This document shows, piece by piece, positions 59,346-64,000 of a stretch of DNA of 64,000 bases. The stretch is taken from positions 640,001 through 704,000 of the forward strand of contig CAXXSR010000001.1 in assembly GCA_963662615.2 (NCBI GenBank), written 5' to 3'. A program made the position numbers and the translations under genes. The notes beneath the pieces were generated by a model. That model worked only from the letters and a program-made list of their open reading frames with translations. It was not told the origin of the DNA and did no database searches. The DNA comes from Dehalococcoidia bacterium (lineage in GTDB: Bacteria > Chloroflexota > Dehalococcoidia > Bin125). Position 1 is the stretch's first letter, and every line of letters begins with the position of its first letter.

Positions 59346-60350
59346 CTAGCCCTGGACAAGCGTTCCCAGCACGCGCTCCGTTTCCTCCAGCGACCCCGGC
59401 GGCAGCGTCAGGATGGGGAGATCGACGCCGCGCTCGAAGAGCGTGTCCAGTCCTTGGCGCACGTCATCCAGGGTCCCCGCCAGCGTGGTGTCGTCCAGCA
59501 TTCGCTCGGGGATGGCGGCGCCGGCGGCGGTCGCATCGCGCTGCGCCCAACCGGCCCGGCACGCTTCTACCTCCGTGGCATAGCCGTTGCGCGACAGCAT
59601 CTGCGCGTAGAACGTCCCCATGCGGCCAATGTAGAAAGAGAGCGCCTCGCGTGCCTGCGCCCGCGCCGACACGGCGTCGTCCCCAATCGTCATCGCGATG
59701 GCCGGCGCGAACGCAATCTCCTCCCGCGCCCGCCCGGCCTCTTGCGCCCCCTGCGCAAGCAGCGCCAGGCCCTCGCCGTATCGGGACGCGGGCCAGTAGT
59801 AGGGCATCCACCCGTCCGCCTGTTCGCCCGTCTGCGCCACCGCGCGCGGCGCCAATGACGCCAGATAGATCGGGATATGCTCGCGCACCCGTTCAATCTC
59901 GAACCGGAAGCCGAGGTCCAGCTTGAAGATCTCGCCCTCGTAGACCACACGCTCGCCCGACAGGATCAGGCGGATTACCTCCACGTACTCGCGCAGGCGT
60001 TGCAGCGGCCGCGCAAACGGTTCACCGTGCCAGTGCTCCACCACCCGGGCGCCGGACCCGCCCAGCCCCAGCGTCATGCGCCCGCCGCTCAGCTCGTCCA
60101 GGCTGGCGATGGTCATCGCCAGCACCGCCGGCGACCGGCCGTACACAGGCGCAATGCCCGTCCCCAGCCCGATCCGCTGCGTCTCCAGGGCCAGCTCCGT
60201 CAGGAAGGTGAACTGGTCCCGCCCCCACCGCTCCGCCGTGAACGCCGCCGCGACGCCCACCTCCTCGGCCACCTTGACCTTGCCGATCACCTCGCCGCGC
60301 TCCTCGCGCGACCGCGGCGGTTGGACGGAGATCCCGATCCGGCGTGGCAT
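59346..60350 (-). CDS. LLM-class flavin/F420-dependent oxidoreductase
   Basis: AERWG.D, GTGI...RSPA.LAM, LDELSGGR..LGLG, ADGW. Confidence 0.9.
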   Translation of the reverse strand: MPRRIGISVQPPRSREERGEVIGKVKVAEEVGVAAAFTAERWGRDQFTFLTELALETQRIGLGTGIAPVYGRSPAVLAMTIASLDELSGGRMTLGLGGSGARVVEHWHGEPFARPLQRLREYVEVIRLILSGERVVYEGEIFKLDLGFRFEIERVREHIPIYLASLAPRAVAQTGEQADGWMPYYWPASRYGEGLALLAQGAQEAGRAREEIAFAPAIAMTIGDDAVSARAQAREALSFYIGRMGTFYAQMLSRNGYATEVEACRAGWAQRDATAAGAAIPERMLDDTTLAGTLDDVRQGLDTLFERGVDLPILTLPPGSLEETERVLGTLVQG

Positions 60351-60666
60351 CGTGCCCTCGATTCTCCCTCGCAACGGCTGCCCCCAGCTGCACCGCCGTC
60401 GCGGCGCCACCATGGGGGCGCGGCTGCGGTCGCCACCGCGCTCGGCGCGGAACGCTCCGCCGACAATGAGAGACGGGAGGGTACGAGAATAGCGCACGCC
60501 GTTCCCGGCGCAGCTGCTCCAGGCAACTTGCTCTCGCGGGCCGGCTGGGGGGAAACGAGGGGGCGCTCCCGCGCCGGAAGGCGCTGCGATCGGCACGCGA
60601 TGGGTGAAGAGGCGGGGGCTGCGTCGCTCGCCGGGAGGCGGCCCGTCCGCAGGAAGGGGGCGCCGC

Positions 60667-61194
60667 TCAGGCGGCCAGCACCGTGTCCTCCAGATCTCCG
60701 GCGGCAATGCCGCCCAGCAGGCTCTCCATGTTGATCAGGATGATCAGCTTTTCGGGCAGGTTGACAATGCCGCGCAGCTCCGACGTCATCGAGGCGGCGG
60801 CCAGATTGCTCACCGGCTCAATCGACTTCTCCGGCACCGTGATCACTTCCGTGACGCCGTCCACCACCAGCCCCACTGTGTGCTGCCGCACGTCCACCAC
60901 GACAATGCGCGTCTCTTCCGACTGCTCCGACGCTTCCACGCCGAAGCGCTTGCGCAAGTCCACCACCGGAATCACCGATCCGCGCAGGTTGATGATCCCC
61001 TCCACGAAGGCGGGCGCCTGCGGAACCTCCGTGATGTTCTGCATGCGGATGATCTCGCGGACATGGGTGATGTCAATGCCGTAGTCCTCGCTGGCCAGAC
61101 GCATCACCACCAGCTGCTCGGTCGCGGACTCGTCTCCCTGCTGACCTACATCGACAGTCTCGCCGCTCGCGGTGGCCGTGGTTTCGTCTGCCAT
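60667..61194 (-). CDS. cheW: Chemotaxis coupling protein CheW
   Basis: YGIDI..VREI, VPQAPAFVEGIINLRGSVIPVVDLRKRF, GLVVDGV. Confidence 0.95.
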   Translation of the reverse strand: MADETTATASGETVDVGQQGDESATEQLVVMRLASEDYGIDITHVREIIRMQNITEVPQAPAFVEGIINLRGSVIPVVDLRKRFGVEASEQSEETRIVVVDVRQHTVGLVVDGVTEVITVPEKSIEPVSNLAAASMTSELRGIVNLPEKLIILINMESLLGGIAAGDLEDTVLAA

Positions 61195-61436
61195 TGCTCT
61201 TCTCCTGCTGACGCCGCTCTGCTCGCAGGGATCTGGACTGGAGCGAAAACACCGCCGCGAGCGATTCGCGCAGCCCCTCCATCATGCCGCGCGCGCCTGT
61301 TGCCGCCCATCAGCGATTTCCCCCATCAATCCGCAGCAGGGAGTTCAGTGCGGTCTGGGAATCGGCCCAGCCAAATGAGGGATTTGGCTCAGGCGGCGCC
61401 GCCCCCCGCCCCCCCGTCTCCACCATCGGCGCGCTT

Positions 61437-62381
61437 CTACTCGTGGCGAAACAGCTGCTGAAGCGCAAACCACAAATTCGCCGGGCGTTCGGCCAGCCGG
61501 CGCATGACATACGGGTACCAGCGTCGGCCGTACGGTAGGTAGACGCGGACGGGGTACCCTTCCCGAAGCAACTGCGCCTGCAGCCGTGGCCGCACCCCGT
61601 ACAGCATCTGGACCTCCCACCGACCCGCCGGGGTGCGCTTGCGAAACGCCCGGGTCCGCGTCCCCGCAATGATCCGCAGGTCGTGAGTGCCAACGGCCAG
61701 GAACGCCCCCCCGCGCATCGCCTCCGGCGCCAGCGCCATCCGCACCAGGCGATGGAACGCCGAGGCGATCGCCCCCGCCCCGCTGTAGGCGATCGCGCCG
61801 CTCTCCGCATAGGCGCCCTTGACTATGCGCACATGCGCCACGCCCTCCTCAATCAGCCCCTGCAGGTCCGCCTCGCTGCGGCGCAGCGACGCCTGCAAGG
61901 CCACGCCCATTTCGGGATGGTGCGCCCGGCCCCGGCGGTACAGCGCCAACGTCGCGTCCACACTCGCGGCGCGCTCCATATCCAGTTCCAGCCCGGTTCC
62001 AATCTCTGCCGACGCCTCGGCCACCCGCTGCAGCGCCCCCGCCGCGACCTCCTGCCCCACCGCCAGACCGAGCAGCGACGGCTTCACGGCGATCGTTGTC
62101 TCCGCGGCGATCCCGGCCTGCGCCACCGCCTCCAGCAGCGCGTGGTACTCGCCCACGGCCGCTGCTGCCTCGGCCTCGCTCGTCACGCCCTCCCCCAGCA
62201 GCGAGAACGAAACCGTAAATCCTCGCGCGATCAACGGCTGTGCGGCCGCCACGGCCTCGTCGTGCCTGCGCCCGGCCACGAAGCGGGACACCAAGCGCTT
62301 ACTCGGCGGCCACCGCTCCAGCCGGTCGCCCAGCGCCTCCCGGTGCGACAGCCACAGCAGCAGGGATCGCAGCGGTTGCAC
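61437..62381 (-). CDS. Monofunctional proline dehydrogenase family protein
   Basis: RFVAG, LDME, RIVKGAY.E, GTHD, QMLYG.R, VYLPYG..WYPY.MRRLAERPAN. Confidence 0.92.
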   Translation of the reverse strand: MQPLRSLLLWLSHREALGDRLERWPPSKRLVSRFVAGRRHDEAVAAAQPLIARGFTVSFSLLGEGVTSEAEAAAAVGEYHALLEAVAQAGIAAETTIAVKPSLLGLAVGQEVAAGALQRVAEASAEIGTGLELDMERAASVDATLALYRRGRAHHPEMGVALQASLRRSEADLQGLIEEGVAHVRIVKGAYAESGAIAYSGAGAIASAFHRLVRMALAPEAMRGGAFLAVGTHDLRIIAGTRTRAFRKRTPAGRWEVQMLYGVRPRLQAQLLREGYPVRVYLPYGRRWYPYVMRRLAERPANLWFALQQLFRHE

Positions 62382-62482
62382 GGCCGCCACTCCTTCGCCG
62401 CCCTCCGGCGGCGCCCCCACGACAAACGCCGGGCCTTGCGCCCGGCGCACTCACCGTCCGCCGCAGTCCACGCCGGAGGCGC

Positions 62483-62599
62483 TTACCCCTGGCGCTGCTT
62501 ATTGCGGGGATTCTTCTTGTTGATGATGTAAACGCGGCCCTTGCGACGGACGATCTGATCGTCGCGGGATCGCTTCTTGACGGACGTCCGAACCTTCAT
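62483..62599 (-). CDS. rpmJ: 50S ribosomal protein L36, cysteine-free form (not in ORF track)
   Basis: [38 protein letters not shown]; GGAG RBS. Confidence 0.96.
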   Translation of the reverse strand: MKVRTSVKKRSRDDQIVRRKGRVYIINKKNPRNKQRQG

Positions 62600-62697
62600 C
62601 GCACCCGCTCCATCTCTGGCCTTTCACGCTAGCACACCGAGATGGCTGGCGCCCTTCGCGACGACCGTTCGCGACGACCGTTCGCTACGATGAGTGC

Positions 62698-63903
62698 GTG
62701 GATCGTTCCGCTTCGCTCCTGACCACAGCCGCCGCCCTTGACGCTCTCGTTGACGCCATCCGCGACGCCGGCCGCTTCGCCATCGATACGGAGTTCGTCG
62801 GCGAGCGCACCTACCGTCCCCAACTCGCGCTGGTGCAAATCGCCCTCCCCGACCGCGTCGCCCTCATCGATGCCCAGGCGCTGCCCGATCTGACGCTGCT
62901 CTGGCGGCAGCTCGCCGATCCCGCCGTTGAGACCGTGGTCCACGCCGGCGAACAGGAGGCCCGCTTTTGCTGGGACATCGTGGGCGCTGTCCCCGACCGC
63001 CTCTTCGACGTCCAACTGGCCGCGGGGTTCGTGGGCCCTCGCTATCCGCTCTCCCTGGCCGCGCTGGTGCAGGAGCAACTTCACGCCCGGCTTCGCCAGG
63101 GGCAGACCCGCACCGACTGGACGCGCCGGCCGCTGAGCGCAGCGCAGTTGGACTACGCCGTTGAAGACGTCCGCTATCTCCTGACGCTGCGCCAACGCCT
63201 CGGCGATCGCCTGGAGGCGCTGGACCGCCCTGCCTGGCTGGAGGAGGAGAGCCGCCACCGCCTGCAGGCGCTGGAAGATGACCTCTTGCATCCTCGCTGG
63301 TGGCGCGTCTCCGGGGCGGAGCGACTCGGCCGCCGCGAGCTGGCCGCCCTGCGCGAACTCTACCTCTGGCGCGAGGCCGTGGCCGAAGAGCGGGACCTCC
63401 CCCGCAAGCGCATCCTCCCCGACCACCTCATCATGTCGGCGGTCCAGGCCCTCCCCAGCGATGAAGAGGAGCTACGTCGCCTGCGTGGCTTCGAGCGCTA
63501 CGGCCGGCGGGACATCGCCGCGCTGCTGCGCTGCCTGCGGACGGCACAGGGCCTGCCGCAAGATGAGCTGCCCCCGCGCCGAAGCCGCGGCGGTCGCACC
63601 GCGACCTCCGCGGCCACTCTCACGCCGTTCCTGCAGACGGTCATGGAGACCGCGGCCAATGAGCGGCAGGTGGCGCCCGCCCTCGTCGGCGGCGCCGCCG
63701 ACCTCCGTGAACTCGTGCACTGGCGCCTCCACGGTGGCGCCACCGACTCCCTGCCCGTGCTGTTGCAGGGCTGGCGCGGCGCCGTCTGCGGCGACCTCCT
63801 CCAGGCCGCGCTGGCGGGCCGGCTCAGCGTCCGCATCAAGGACCCGGCCTCGGCGCAGCCCCTCGCGGTGGAGACCGTAGCGGTGGAGCCTGTGGCCAAA
63901 TGA
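62698..63903 (+). CDS. rnd: Ribonuclease D (3'-5' exonuclease plus HRDC)
   Basis: AIDTEF..ERTY.P.L.L.QI, TDW.RRPLS..QLDYA.ED, WRE..A...DLP, GWR. Confidence 0.94.
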   Translation: MDRSASLLTTAAALDALVDAIRDAGRFAIDTEFVGERTYRPQLALVQIALPDRVALIDAQALPDLTLLWRQLADPAVETVVHAGEQEARFCWDIVGAVPDRLFDVQLAAGFVGPRYPLSLAALVQEQLHARLRQGQTRTDWTRRPLSAAQLDYAVEDVRYLLTLRQRLGDRLEALDRPAWLEEESRHRLQALEDDLLHPRWWRVSGAERLGRRELAALRELYLWREAVAEERDLPRKRILPDHLIMSAVQALPSDEEELRRLRGFERYGRRDIAALLRCLRTAQGLPQDELPPRRSRGGRTATSAATLTPFLQTVMETAANERQVAPALVGGAADLRELVHWRLHGGATDSLPVLLQGWRGAVCGDLLQAALAGRLSVRIKDPASAQPLAVETVAVEPVAK

Positions 63904-64000
63904 AGGCGAGCCTAATCGCCGTGGGAGCGATCGTCCTCGCCGCTCGCCCCCTCAGCTGATCCGTCCAGCCCCGCTCCGTCCAGTGCCCTGTCCAGTGCCC

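Overview
GC-rich (about 70%) bacterial chromosome segment. Gene content and protein style suggest Chloroflexota, probably Dehalococcoidia-like (inference). It is mostly housekeeping: the distal complex I operon (nuoH-J-K-small ORF-L-M-N), ybeY, dnaX-ybaB-recR-recO, rsmI/metG/tatD/polyprenyl synthase, guaB, hisS-prfA-prmC, relA, comM interrupted by an amber stop, tRNA-Arg(CCG), two cyclophilins, a secreted beta-helix surface protein, ALDH, tRNA-Pro(TGG), pyrD, a SufR-like/Mrp/NYN operon, an orphan DNA methyltransferase, a MaoC pair, and a decaying accessory patch at 40.4-45.8 kb (IS3 without target duplication, truncated DUF899 and PhzF genes, cobalamin riboswitch plus btuF-like gene, frameshifted hydrolase). 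After that come the PyrR-controlled pyrR-B-C-carA-carB-pyrK operon, Trm112, BCCP/biotin carboxylase, two orphan response regulators, an LLM oxidoreductase, orphan cheW, proline dehydrogenase, a Cys-free L36 and RNase D. The most unusual signals are: (1) a 23-25 nt palindromic mini-element that inserts into copies of itself and in-frame into pyrC; (2) many unrelated 10-24 bp tandem arrays at gene ends, some drifting stepwise; (3) a ~220 nt structured leader between a consensus promoter and guaB; (4) a small DUF2007-like gene coupled inside the nuo operon; (5) repeated loss of metal-binding cysteines. No CRISPR array, rRNA or prophage was seen.
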